A DNA stretch of 64,000 nucleotides from Candidatus Omnitrophota bacterium (GCA_016208765.1 JACQXK010000001.1:64218-128217); one strand, 5' to 3'; counted from the first letter of the stretch, positions 1 to 9,516 are shown. Numbers and translations are program-made. The notes: generated from the sequence alone by a model not told the origin.

Positions 1-2
1 AT

Positions 3-2438
3 ATTAAGAATGCTTTACGCTATTTCGCCGAAGGTATTGGGTTATTCAGGACTGAACATATGTTTTACGGTGAAGGGAAAAAATCAAGAGAGGCGTTAGC
101 TCTTTTACGCGAAATGATTATTTTCCTGAAACAAGACGAACGCAGAGCGGCAACCCTAAAACAATTATTTCCTTATTTCAAAAATGATATTAAGGCTGCG
201 TTTAAGGAAATGAAGGGATTACCGGTTACGATTAGATTATTAGATCCGCCTTTACATGAATTCCTCCCGAATCCGGATAACAAAAAAGACAAGAAAGAAC
301 AGGAAAAGGCAGAACAGGAGTTAAAGGAACTATCAGAAAAACTGGGAGTTCCAGTAACAAAGATTCGCCAGATAACCAAGGATTTAAGTGAGGCAAATCC
401 GATGTTGGGCCTTCGCGGAGAGCGATTAGGCATAGTTTTCTCGGAAATAACTGAGATCCAAGTGAGAGCGATGTTTGAAGCTGCTGCGGAATTGATTATA
501 AAAAATAATACTGCTCCGCGCCTTGAAATTATGATTCCCTTAGTCAGTGAAGAAGGTGGGCTTAAAGACCAGAAAAAGATAGTTGAAAGAGTCCATGCTG
601 AGGTAGTAAAGAAATATGGACTGGAAAAGAAAAATAAAGAGCTGAAATATATGTTCGGCACGATGATTGAAACTCCTCGCGCGACAGCGATTGCCGGCAA
701 GCTTGCAGAGGATGCTGAATTTTTCTCCTTTGGTACTAATGACCTAACTCAGATGACTTTTGGTTATTCGCGCGATGATGCAGGCAGCTTTCTGCCTACT
801 TTTATTGAAAAGGAAATTCTACCTAATGATCCATTCGCGCAAGTAGACAAGGATGGAGTTGTTAAATTTATGAAAACCGCAGTTGATGATGGCCGTAAAG
901 TGCGCCGGAAACTAAAAGTAGGTATTTGTGGCGAACACGGGGGAGATCCGGATTCAATCAAGGAATTCCATGAGTTTCTTGATTATGTGAGCTGCTCAGC
1001 GTTTAGGGTGCCGCTTGCAATATGTGCCGCAGCTTGGGCTGAACTTGACTCTCCTCGCGGCGTGGTTCCTGCTGCACCGAGCGTACGCCTATCGTGGCAG
1101 GCAAGAGATAAATTACTGGGGATGATTTATTCAGTCACAACTGCCTTGAGTAGTGTTTGGGCAAAAATGCCTGTGGGAGATTTGCAGCGATCAGGAGAGG
1201 CTTTTAATTCTGTTATCGCCCTTAGTCATGTAGCGGTTCTATTGGAGGATAGTAAGAGTAAAGTAGACCTTCAGGAACTCTTTAGGACAATTGATGAGGA
1301 GTTATCCACCTTAGACAGGGTAATGAAACAGAGGATAAAGAATATTGGCAGAGAAGCTGCCAAGAATGACCCTGTGCTCAAACATTATTATACAGCTTTG
1401 GCGTCAATCAAAGGCATCAGGGCTGAAGTAGAGAAAATTATGGACAATAAGGGGATTCCTGCCATAGCCTCCAGCGCGGTGGAAAAAGCTTCCGCTGCAA
1501 AAGCAGAAACAGCCAGCTCAGCGCTTTTTAGGAACAACCCTGTGCCGGAAATCGGGGATGTCAGCAAATTTTCTAATTTAAAAGTCAATCCCAGCGGGAC
1601 CGCTGGAAGTTTTTCTGATATTAAAAGTTGGGACCTTGGTGGTGGTCGGAATTTTGATAAGGCTGTTGTTGGCGATTTGCATCGGACTGCTGATACTCTT
1701 ACATTTGAGTTCCGCCCTAAGGAGACTGTGGTAAGGACGACTCATAAGAAAGATTTTATCGGCAGCAAACCTACGGAGACTGAAGTTTTGGAAGCGAAAC
1801 TACCTGGTCAACACATTGTATCAATAACTACTAAAGAAATGCAAGGATCAAGTGAAGACGAAGAGAACCTATCGCTTGTTGTTGAGGTAACTCCTGAGTT
1901 TTTTGCTCAGCTTGGGCAGAAAGGAATCCCTCTGAACAATAAATTTACCCATACGGTACATAGCTATCCAGCAAATGATTATCCTTCCGTGATATCGTCT
2001 GCGCGTAACGTTGAATTCGTATCCGCAGGCACTGCCAGCAGCGCGGTAAAAGCCTCAAGCGCCATGCAAAAAGCTCCAGATACTACCGGCGGTATTGACT
2101 TCCGCGCGATGAACATCAAGTATCAAGCTATGGGTAGTTTTGCTAAGCTTGATTTGACTTTGCCGAAGTTGAGCAGGGTTGAATTGCAGAGTATGGATAT
2201 TGATAAGGAAATATTAAGTATTCAGCGTATGGCAAATAGTTCTATTGAGCCATCAGCAAAACGACTGGAAGAAGTTTTAGCAGCCTGTGTGCAAAAAGGA
2301 GAGCTTAATCAAAGAAGGGAAGCTTTAGCAGCTTGTGCTATGGATATCTGTCAGATACAGGAAATGCGAGCTACTGAAAGTTCTCCGGAGTTAAGAAGAG
2401 TAATAGTGTTACTTGACCAGATAAGTTCAGGGTCATAA
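3..2438 (+). CDS. 5'-truncated large protein: pyruvate phosphate dikinase C-terminal (PEP-binding) domain plus ~460 aa C-terminal extension
   Basis: Frame is open from the window edge (AEGIGLFRTEHMF). PPDK motifs IRLLDPPLHEFLP, EANPMLGLRG, SFGTNDLTQMTFG and GICGEHGGDP are present, followed by a tail with ASSA linkers and GGIDF. Confidence 0.85.
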   Translation: MKNALRYFAEGIGLFRTEHMFYGEGKKSREALALLREMIIFLKQDERRAATLKQLFPYFKNDIKAAFKEMKGLPVTIRLLDPPLHEFLPNPDNKKDKKEQEKAEQELKELSEKLGVPVTKIRQITKDLSEANPMLGLRGERLGIVFSEITEIQVRAMFEAAAELIIKNNTAPRLEIMIPLVSEEGGLKDQKKIVERVHAEVVKKYGLEKKNKELKYMFGTMIETPRATAIAGKLAEDAEFFSFGTNDLTQMTFGYSRDDAGSFLPTFIEKEILPNDPFAQVDKDGVVKFMKTAVDDGRKVRRKLKVGICGEHGGDPDSIKEFHEFLDYVSCSAFRVPLAICAAAWAELDSPRGVVPAAPSVRLSWQARDKLLGMIYSVTTALSSVWAKMPVGDLQRSGEAFNSVIALSHVAVLLEDSKSKVDLQELFRTIDEELSTLDRVMKQRIKNIGREAAKNDPVLKHYYTALASIKGIRAEVEKIMDNKGIPAIASSAVEKASAAKAETASSALFRNNPVPEIGDVSKFSNLKVNPSGTAGSFSDIKSWDLGGGRNFDKAVVGDLHRTADTLTFEFRPKETVVRTTHKKDFIGSKPTETEVLEAKLPGQHIVSITTKEMQGSSEDEENLSLVVEVTPEFFAQLGQKGIPLNNKFTHTVHSYPANDYPSVISSARNVEFVSAGTASSAVKASSAMQKAPDTTGGIDFRAMNIKYQAMGSFAKLDLTLPKLSRVELQSMDIDKEILSIQRMANSSIEPSAKRLEEVLAACVQKGELNQRREALAACAMDICQIQEMRATESSPELRRVIVLLDQISSGS

Positions 2439-2468
2439 GATATAGTTGTAGTATTTTGATAAAGTAAC

Positions 2469-2505
2469 AAAGAGGCGTTTTCTGTAAAATAGAAAACGCC
2501 TCTTT
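2469..2505. terminator. Intrinsic terminator, possibly bidirectional
   Basis: Perfect inverted repeat AAAGAGGCGTTTTCT/AGAAAACGCCTCTTT between the convergent ORF and tRNA-Leu. Confidence 0.8.
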
Positions 2506-2520
2506 AATTGTAGTCTAATA

Positions 2521-2606
2521 TGGTGCGGGAGGAGGGAGTTTCCCGACGCTCGTTTTTGCTCGGTCGGGATCCCGCCTGCTATTAATTAGCTTGGCGGGAG
2601 AACTCT
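2521..2606 (-). repeat. Duplicated tRNA-Leu 3' end interrupted by a 59-bp double hairpin
   Basis: 2523-2540 is identical to 2618-2635; insert 2541-2599 is bounded by TCCCG...CGGGA; GAACTCT then resumes the match to GAACCCT. Confidence 0.75.
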
Positions 2607-2618
2607 TGATAAATTTAG

Positions 2619-2699
2619 TGCGGGAGGAGGGAGTTGAACCCTCATGTCTTGCGACACTGGCTTCTGAGACCAGCGCGTCTGCCATTCCGCCACCCCCGC
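2619..2699 (-). tRNA. tRNA-Leu(CAG)
   Basis: Reverse complement GCGGGGGTGGCGGAATGGCAGACGCGCTGGTCT-CAG-AAGCCAG...GGTTCAACTCCCTCCTCCCGCA with a long variable arm. Confidence 0.95.
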
Positions 2700-2802
2700 A
2701 AAAAGTAATTTAAAGTATAACTTAGCCTGCCTCATCTGTCAATTATAAAAGAATTGCTCCTCTTGGTTTTTGTTGGTATAATTATTTCAATTAGCTAATT
2801 AG

Positions 2803-2830
2803 GCTGGATTCCCGCTTTCGCGGGAATGAC
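2803..2830. repeat. REP-like palindrome (ATTCCCGC..GCGGGAAT family)
   Basis: CTGGATTCCCGCTTTCGCGGGAATGAC; the same unit recurs near 41800 and 47587. Confidence 0.75.
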
Positions 2831-2845
2831 ATAAGGGGTGCATAG

Positions 2846-3802
2846 ATGTTTTTGGAGTCATTTAAGATTACAAGTCTTGCCGTGCTGCAGAGTTTCATTT
2901 TGGGGGCAGTCGGCTATTTGTTAATGAAAAAGCAAATCCTTGGGCATGAAGGGCTTAGCACATTAAGCCGCTTGGTGGTTGAGGTAACTTTGCCGGTTTT
3001 AATTTTTTGCCAGCTGATCAAGGATTTTCGTTTTGATCTGTATCCAAATTGGTGGATTTTTCCTTTACTTAGTATCGCTATTACTGTTGCAGGTTTAATT
3101 TTTGGAGTAATATTTGTTGGATTTATAAAGGGCCAGCAGCATAAGTGGCAATTTTTGACTTTAGTGAGTTTTCAGAATTCAGGGTATCTGCCGCTTGCTT
3201 TAGTTGTGGCCATATTGCCTAAAGAAAGCGCTGCAGTTATTTTGACATATTTGTTTTTATTTCTTTTGGGATTTAATTTGCTGGTTTGGTCTGTGGGCGT
3301 GTATATGCTTTCGTTTCATGCTGTAAAGAAATTTGAATTGGGCACTTTGTTTAGCCCGCCGGTAATTGCGGTTTTGTTTAGTTTGGCATTGATTTTCTTT
3401 GGTTTAAATAAGTTTGTTCCGCTTACATTGCTAAAACCTTTGCGTATGATCGGCGATTGCACTCTGCCTTTGGCAATGTTTGTTGTCGGAGGTAATTTGG
3501 CTGCAGTGCGGCTTGAACAGATAAATAAACGGGCAGTAAGCTATATTGTTCTGGTAAAATTAATTATGCTTCCTATATTGGGATTGTGGCTGATCCTGAA
3601 ATTTAAAGCTCCCTATTTGATAGGGTTATTAATTTTAATTGAATTAGCAGTTCCTCCGGCGACTTCTTTGTCGGTAATTACCCGGCATTACAAGAAAGAA
3701 GATTTGCTGATTAGCCAAGGGGTATTTTTTGGACACATTATTAGCATCATTACTCTTCCGTTATTTTTAAGTATTTATTTTAGCTTATGCATGATAAAAT
3801 AA
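2846..3802 (+). CDS. AEC (auxin efflux carrier) family transporter
   Basis: About 10 hydrophobic segments; motifs LPVLIF, FQNSGYLPL, PLAMFVVG, AVPPA. Confidence 0.85.
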   Translation: MFLESFKITSLAVLQSFILGAVGYLLMKKQILGHEGLSTLSRLVVEVTLPVLIFCQLIKDFRFDLYPNWWIFPLLSIAITVAGLIFGVIFVGFIKGQQHKWQFLTLVSFQNSGYLPLALVVAILPKESAAVILTYLFLFLLGFNLLVWSVGVYMLSFHAVKKFELGTLFSPPVIAVLFSLALIFFGLNKFVPLTLLKPLRMIGDCTLPLAMFVVGGNLAAVRLEQINKRAVSYIVLVKLIMLPILGLWLILKFKAPYLIGLLILIELAVPPATSLSVITRHYKKEDLLISQGVFFGHIISIITLPLFLSIYFSLCMIK

Positions 3803-4251
3803 CTATTCCAAGTATCAGTAACCGCAAGGCGCATCGGGATTATGAAATTTTAGAATCATTTGAATGCGGGATTGAATTAAAGGGCAGTGAAGTAAAAAGC
3901 TTGAGAGAGGGCAAAGCGAATTTAAATGACAGTTTTGCCCGTATAGATAAAGATGAAATTGTTCTGTTTAATTTGCATATAAGCCCTTATATAGAGGCGA
4001 GCTATTTGAATGTTGAGCCTGTGCGGCCAAGAAAGCTGCTGTTGCACAGGAAACAAATCTTGAGGCTCGCCGGGAGCCTTGCGCAAAAAGGACTGACCAT
4101 GGTGCCGCTTAAGATTTATTTCAACCAGCGCGGTTTTGCCAAGGTGGAATTAGCTCTTTGTAAAGGAAAGAAGTTGTATGATAAGCGCGAGGGCATAAAA
4201 AAGCGCGAAGAGGATTTGTCTTTGCGCAGGGTGATGAAGAATAGAAGATAG
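3787..4251 (+). CDS. smpB: SsrA-binding protein
   Basis: NRKAHRDY, GIELKGSEVKSLR, RKLLLHRKQI, GKKLYDKR; lies directly before tmRNA. Confidence 0.97.
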   Translation: MHDKITIPSISNRKAHRDYEILESFECGIELKGSEVKSLREGKANLNDSFARIDKDEIVLFNLHISPYIEASYLNVEPVRPRKLLLHRKQILRLAGSLAQKGLTMVPLKIYFNQRGFAKVELALCKGKKLYDKREGIKKREEDLSLRRVMKNRR

Positions 4252-4291
4252 GTTGGAGTTTTTTCCAATAATGAAAAATAGCTGGAAATTT

Positions 4292-4686
4292 GGGGGTGAA
4301 AGGGTTCGACCTAAGTACATAGGGTAAGAGCAGCATGCCGCGGACGCGAGGTTAGCCGCGTTAACAATCCTTGCAAAAACTAAAAGCAAACACACCAGTG
4401 TTAAACCGGCTTGCAATGCCAGTAATGGCAATGCCAGCTGGCTGCTTAGTCACCCCTCACTAAGTGTAGGGGTGCCTCTACTCAGCTTGCCTACGGGCTG
4501 AAATAGAGCGCTAGTAGGATAGTCTCGCAGGGTTTGCCTTTGCATGCGGGATGAAATTCAAAAAGGCTGCGGCTTGCGCAATCTTGTTTAGCGGAGTGCG
4601 CAAGAGTAAGAATAAAAGATAAACTAAGCATGTAGCGGCTTTTATCAGATTGCTTGGGGACGGCGGTCCAATTCCGCCCACCTCCA
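4292..4686 (+). ncRNA. ssrA: tmRNA
   Basis: 5' GGGGGTGAAAGGGTTCGAC, 3' GACGGCGGTCCAATTCCGCCCACCTCCA; resume codon GCA at 4386; directly after smpB. Confidence 0.93.
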
Positions 4687-4827
4687 CTTAAATTTTCCGA
4701 CAAGGAAAATTTAAGTGGCACTCAAGCGAGCGTTAAACAGCCCGACAAGGGCTGTAGCGAGCGGAGTGCCACCAGGGCTAAGTGGATCCCAAAACAATGT
4801 GTTTTGAGATATTAAAACTAAATACAA

Positions 4828-5928
4828 ATGATTAAATCAAAATTAACTATATCTATCTTACGAATTACAAGTTATGTGTTACTGGTTACGGCTTTTATCG
4901 GTTGCGCTACTGTGCCCCAGAAGGAGCTTTTGACTGCTTATAATTTGAACGGCACAACTTATTATTCCTTAACAGATTTATGCAGCCTGAAAAATATTGA
5001 GTTAGAGCAGGATAAGTTTAATAATTCAATTATATTAACCAAGGATTCGCATCGTATTGTTTTAAAAGTTGGTGACAGTTTAGTGTTGGTAGATGACAGG
5101 GCAACTATGCTTAGTCATCCGGTTAAAATTCATAATGGTGCAGTTGTTGTTCCTGCCAGATTTAAGGAACAGGTTATTGACACTTTGTTTAAGCAAACAT
5201 GCCAGCTTTTAAGGCCGGGGTACTCTTTATCTAAAATCAGAAAAATCGTCATTGACGCCGGGCATGGTGGAAATGACCCGGGTGCAATTGGAAAGAATGG
5301 ATTACGGGAGAAGGATGTTAATTTGGATATTGCTCGTCGTCTTGCCGATATCCTGAAATGCCAAGGGGTGGATGTTGTTTTGGTGCGCTCATCCGATATA
5401 TTTGTGCCACTTCCAAGGCGTGTTGAAATTGCAAATAACTCCGGGGCGGATCTTTTTTTAAGCGTGCATTCTAATGCCAGTAAGTCACGGAGCCTAAGCG
5501 GATTTGAAGTTTATTATGTTGCTCCCAGTGTCAGCGATATCATACGCGCGAAGAGTTCAGCAAGAACATCAAAGCTAAATTTGAAAAATGCCTACTTTGC
5601 CAGCAGCTCACTTGATCTAAGAACGATTGTCTGGGATATGGTCTATACTTATTCACGCGCCGAGTCTATTAATTTATCCCGGGCTTTGTGTCAATCCGCC
5701 GGCGGTAATTTAGATACCCGCATAATTGGTGTTAAGAATGCGCGGTTTGCAGTTTTAAAAGGGGTAAGGATGCCTGCGGTTTTAATGGAGGTAGGTTTTG
5801 TTTCTAACCCTAACGAAGAGCGTTTATTAAAGACGAGTTCTTATCGGACAAAAATTGCGGAAAGCATTGCCGAAGGGCTTGCAAATTACGCACGGGATTC
5901 GGAGTTAATGGAGGCGCGCAATAAATGA
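4828..5928 (+). CDS. N-acetylmuramoyl-L-alanine amidase (Amidase_3), probable lipoprotein
   Basis: IDAGHGGNDPGA, EKDVNL, FLSVHSN, PAVLMEVGFVSN; lipobox-like FIGC. Confidence 0.92.
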   Translation: MIKSKLTISILRITSYVLLVTAFIGCATVPQKELLTAYNLNGTTYYSLTDLCSLKNIELEQDKFNNSIILTKDSHRIVLKVGDSLVLVDDRATMLSHPVKIHNGAVVVPARFKEQVIDTLFKQTCQLLRPGYSLSKIRKIVIDAGHGGNDPGAIGKNGLREKDVNLDIARRLADILKCQGVDVVLVRSSDIFVPLPRRVEIANNSGADLFLSVHSNASKSRSLSGFEVYYVAPSVSDIIRAKSSARTSKLNLKNAYFASSSLDLRTIVWDMVYTYSRAESINLSRALCQSAGGNLDTRIIGVKNARFAVLKGVRMPAVLMEVGFVSNPNEERLLKTSSYRTKIAESIAEGLANYARDSELMEARNK

Positions 5929-6716
5929 GGCCGATTGGAGTTTTTGATTCAGGCGTGGGCGGGTTGACTGTTGTTAAGGAATTGATCCATCAGCTCCCGC
6001 ACGAGGATATAGTTTATTTTGGTGATACTGCGCGCGTGCCTTACGGGATCAAATCAAGAGAAACAGTTATTCGTTTTTCCATTGAGAATATTTTATTTCT
6101 TCTTAAACAGGATGTGAAATTAATTTGTGTTGCCTGTAACACTGCTTCCAGTTTTGCTTTGCCGGTGATTAAGAATCATTTTAAAGTGCCTATCGTCGGG
6201 GTGATTAGCCCAGGAGTGCGCGAGGCGGTTTATGCCACGCAAAATAAAAGAATAGGGGTTATCGGCACCAAGGGCACCATTAAAAGTCGGACCTATGAAA
6301 TTGAAATTAATCAGCTTGAGCCGGAAGTCAAGGTTACTGCTGTTGCCTGCCCGTTGTTTGTGCCTTTTGTTGAAGAGGGGTGGCTTTCCGGGGATGTGGT
6401 TTTAGATGTTGCCCGTACCTATTTAAAGCCGCTAAAGGATGCCAGGGTGGATACTGTTATTTTAGGCTGCACGCATTATCCATTGCTTAGGCCGGTGATC
6501 AAGCAGGTGCTTGGCGAGAATGTAACCTTGATTGATTCTGCAAAACAGGTGGCTGTTGAGGTGAAAAAGATTTTGGGATCGGAGAATATTTTAAATACCA
6601 AGGGAAAAGGGAAGCATAGTTTTTACGTCAGTGATAATCCGGAGTGGTTTAGCGGTTTAGCAGAAAGGTTTTTAGGGAATTCTCTAAAAAAAAAAAAAAA
6701 GGCTGTTTCAGGATGA
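5925..6716 (+). CDS. murI: Glutamate racemase
   Basis: IGVFDSGVGGLTV, ACNTAS, LGCTHYP. Confidence 0.97.
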   Translation: MRPIGVFDSGVGGLTVVKELIHQLPHEDIVYFGDTARVPYGIKSRETVIRFSIENILFLLKQDVKLICVACNTASSFALPVIKNHFKVPIVGVISPGVREAVYATQNKRIGVIGTKGTIKSRTYEIEINQLEPEVKVTAVACPLFVPFVEEGWLSGDVVLDVARTYLKPLKDARVDTVILGCTHYPLLRPVIKQVLGENVTLIDSAKQVAVEVKKILGSENILNTKGKGKHSFYVSDNPEWFSGLAERFLGNSLKKKKKAVSG

Positions 6717-6731
6717 GAAATAGGGGATAAA

Positions 6732-7088
6732 ATGTATAGCATTAAAGTAGAAGCAAGTTTTAGCTCCGCGCATAATTTAAGAGAGTATAAAGGCAAGTGC
6801 GAAGAACTGCACGGGCACAATTGGAAAGTAGAAGTTGTGGTTGCCAGCGACAAATTAGACAAGGCCGGGATGGTAATGGATTTTAAACGCCTTAAAGAAA
6901 AACTGAATATAATTCTTGAGAAACTTGACCATAAATATATAAATAAAATTGCTTATTTTAAGAAAACAAATCCTACTTCTGAGAATATCTCCAAATATAT
7001 CTATGACTGCCTGAAGCCCGTGGCCCCAAATATTAAATCAGTGACGGTTTGGGAGAATCCTGCCAGTTGCGCAACCTATGAAGAGTAA
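6732..7088 (+). CDS. queD: 6-carboxy-5,6,7,8-tetrahydropterin synthase
   Basis: FSSAH, CEELHGHNW, DHKYIN, NPTSEN, VWE. Confidence 0.93.
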   Translation: MYSIKVEASFSSAHNLREYKGKCEELHGHNWKVEVVVASDKLDKAGMVMDFKRLKEKLNIILEKLDHKYINKIAYFKKTNPTSENISKYIYDCLKPVAPNIKSVTVWENPASCATYEE

Positions 7089-7091
7089 ATA

Positions 7092-7763
7092 ATGAAAGCA
7101 AAAATCGCAGAGGTGTTTGAGAGCGTGCAGGGAGAAGGGCTCTATTTGGGGGAGAAGCAGATATTTGTGCGCTTCTTCGGGTGTAACCTTAGTTGCGGTT
7201 ACTGTGATACAAAATTAGACAGTTATACTGAGTATGAGCCTTTTGAATTATTTGAGGAAATAAAACTGTATCAGGATAAATATCATTCTGTTTCGTTTAC
7301 CGGCGGTGAGCCTCTTTTGCAGTCGGATTTTCTAAAAGAGATGATGAAATTTACTTACCGATACGGGCACAAGAATTATCTTGAGACTAACGGCACGCTT
7401 GTCCAGGAGTTAGAAAAGGTAATTGATTATGTAGATATTGTGGCTATGGATTTTAAGCTTCCCAGTTCAACCGGTTTGTTCGCATATTGGGACATACACA
7501 GGCAATTTTTAAAGGTCGCTTCTAAAAAAGAAGTTTTTGCTAAAATTGTTGTTTGCCCACAGACGAAAGAAGAAGACCTAAACAAATCCCTTTCTATTAT
7601 TAACAGTGAAAATAAATCAGCGATATTGGTTTTGCAGCCTAACAGTTTAGTTGCGATTGATTTGTTAAGCGAGAAATTGGAAAACTTTAAGAATATCTGT
7701 CGTAATGAAGGCGTGACCGCATTTGTTATCCCGCAGATCCATAAAATTGCAGGTGTAAGATGA
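7092..7763 (+). CDS. queE: 7-carboxy-7-deazaguanine synthase (radical SAM)
   Basis: SVQGEG, GCNLSCGYCDT, TGGEP, ETNG, PQIHK. Confidence 0.92.
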   Translation: MKAKIAEVFESVQGEGLYLGEKQIFVRFFGCNLSCGYCDTKLDSYTEYEPFELFEEIKLYQDKYHSVSFTGGEPLLQSDFLKEMMKFTYRYGHKNYLETNGTLVQELEKVIDYVDIVAMDFKLPSSTGLFAYWDIHRQFLKVASKKEVFAKIVVCPQTKEEDLNKSLSIINSENKSAILVLQPNSLVAIDLLSEKLENFKNICRNEGVTAFVIPQIHKIAGVR

Positions 7764-8155
7764 AAAGAAAATCAAGTTATGAAAATTTGCAGAAGAATGT
7801 AAGACAGTTAAATACTCCGGAAATTGAAGTTTGGGAAAATCAGTATCCGGATAAAGATTATGCGATCTCTATTGAGATTACGGAATTCACCTGCATCTGC
7901 CCAAAGACCGGCCTGCCTGATTTTGCGCTGATCAAAATTGATTATGCTCCGGATAAATATTGCGCTGAATTAAAATCGCTTAAGATGTATACAATTTTCT
8001 TCAGGAATATAGGCATATTTCATGAGCATTTGACTAATAAGATACTTGATGATTTTGTGAAGGTATGTAAACCCCGTTGGGCAAAGATTATTACAGAGTT
8101 TAATCCCCGAGGCGGTATTAAAACAGTAGTTATGCGGGAGTATAAAAGAAGATGA
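7760..8155 (+). CDS. queF: preQ1 synthase (unimodular QueF)
   Basis: EFTCICPKTGLPDFA, ELKSLK, FHE, PRGGI. Confidence 0.95.
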   Translation: MKRKSSYENLQKNVRQLNTPEIEVWENQYPDKDYAISIEITEFTCICPKTGLPDFALIKIDYAPDKYCAELKSLKMYTIFFRNIGIFHEHLTNKILDDFVKVCKPRWAKIITEFNPRGGIKTVVMREYKRR

Positions 8156-8979
8156 GAGAGATTCCGGCAGATAAAATAAGGGTTGCCGTCAGCAATTTAT
8201 GCGCCAAGGCGAATTTTTCTTTGCGTAAAGACGTTTTGCAGCAGTTAAGACTTGCTTATAAAAAAGAAACAAATAAAAAAGCAAAAAAGTTCTTAGCTGC
8301 TGTTATCGCTAATGCCTTTGTGGCGGAAAAAGAGAAAATTGCGATTTGTCAGGATACTGGTTTACCGATAGTTTTTCTTGAGATTGGGCAGGATGTAAGG
8401 ATTGTTAGGGGAGATTTAAAGCAGGCAATAAATAAAGGTATTGAAGACGGATACAGAAAAGCATATTTGCGTAATTCCATTGTGTTAGATCCGCTTGCAA
8501 GAGGTGTTTCTAAGTTTGGCCCGGCTATTATTCATCTGGATCTGGTTAAAGGCAAGAAAATAAAAATCACAATTTTTCCTAAGGGTTTTGGATGTGAAAA
8601 CAAAAGCCAATTGAAGATGTTTAAGCCCACAGTTTCAATTGAAGAAATCAAGAAATTCATTGTTGAAGCGGTTAGGTCTGCCGGAGCGGATGCCTGCCCG
8701 CCGTATATAGTTGGCGTTGGTATAGGAGGAACTGCTGATTATTCAGGGTTGTTGGCAAAAAAGGCTTTGCTTAAGCCGGTCGCCGGTATCAAAATACGGA
8801 AGCTTGAATCAGAGCTTTTGAAAATGATTAATCGCCTGAACATCGGCCCGATGGGCTTAGGCGGAAAGGTTACTTGCTTGGGCGTAAATATTGAAACTGC
8901 TCCGACGCATATTGCAGGGCTTCCTGTTTCAGTAAATATCAGTTGTCATGCGCTAAGAAGCGCTACAACTGAGTTATAG
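8152..8979 (+). CDS. Class I fumarate hydratase / tartrate dehydratase alpha subunit
   Basis: ICQDTG, PKGFGCEN, ACPP..VGVGIGGT, IGPMGLGG, HIAGLPV, SCHA. Confidence 0.92.
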   Translation: MREIPADKIRVAVSNLCAKANFSLRKDVLQQLRLAYKKETNKKAKKFLAAVIANAFVAEKEKIAICQDTGLPIVFLEIGQDVRIVRGDLKQAINKGIEDGYRKAYLRNSIVLDPLARGVSKFGPAIIHLDLVKGKKIKITIFPKGFGCENKSQLKMFKPTVSIEEIKKFIVEAVRSAGADACPPYIVGVGIGGTADYSGLLAKKALLKPVAGIKIRKLESELLKMINRLNIGPMGLGGKVTCLGVNIETAPTHIAGLPVSVNISCHALRSATTEL

Positions 8980-8997
8980 GGCTGCTTTGGTTAAAAG

Positions 8998-9516
8998 ATG
9001 AATATAAAAACACCTTTAGATGCAAAACAAATAAAGAAATTAAAATCCGGCGATGAAGTTTTATTATCAGGAGTGATTTATACTGCGCGTGATCAGGCGC
9101 ATAAAAGGTTGTGTGAGGTAATAAATTCCGGTAAAAAACTTTCCTTTGATTTAAAAGGCCAGGTGATTTATTATTGCGGCCCGTCCATGGCCCCTAAAGG
9201 TAAAATAATCGGCTCTTGCGGCCCGACTACAAGCAGGCGAATGGATGAATTTAGCGAGAAATTATTGGCTAAAGGCCTTAAGGGAATGATTGGAAAGGGC
9301 GGGCGTTCTCAAGATGTAAGAGCAGCGATAAAAAAACACTGTGCAGTTTATTTTTTAGCTTATGCAGGATGCGGGGCATTGTTGTCAAAATATGTAAAGA
9401 AGTCAGAGTTGATTGCCTACAAGGATTTGGGGCCGGAGGCAATTTTAAAACTGGAAGTAAAGAATTTCCCGCTTATTGTCGGGATAGATAGTTATGGAAG
9501 GAGTATTTATGATTAG
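8998..9516 (+). CDS. Class I fumarate hydratase / tartrate dehydratase beta subunit
   Basis: [29 protein letters not shown]. Confidence 0.92.
   Translation: MNIKTPLDAKQIKKLKSGDEVLLSGVIYTARDQAHKRLCEVINSGKKLSFDLKGQVIYYCGPSMAPKGKIIGSCGPTTSRRMDEFSEKLLAKGLKGMIGKGGRSQDVRAAIKKHCAVYFLAYAGCGALLSKYVKKSELIAYKDLGPEAILKLEVKNFPLIVGIDSYGRSIYD

Noticed and set aside
4121-4721. Minus-strand ORFs at 4121-4721
   Set aside because: They are antisense to smpB and tmRNA.
6732-8155. queDEF without queC as a DNA deazaguanine-modification (dpd) system
   Set aside because: No dpdA/tgt-like gene nearby and the context is housekeeping; queC may lie elsewhere.
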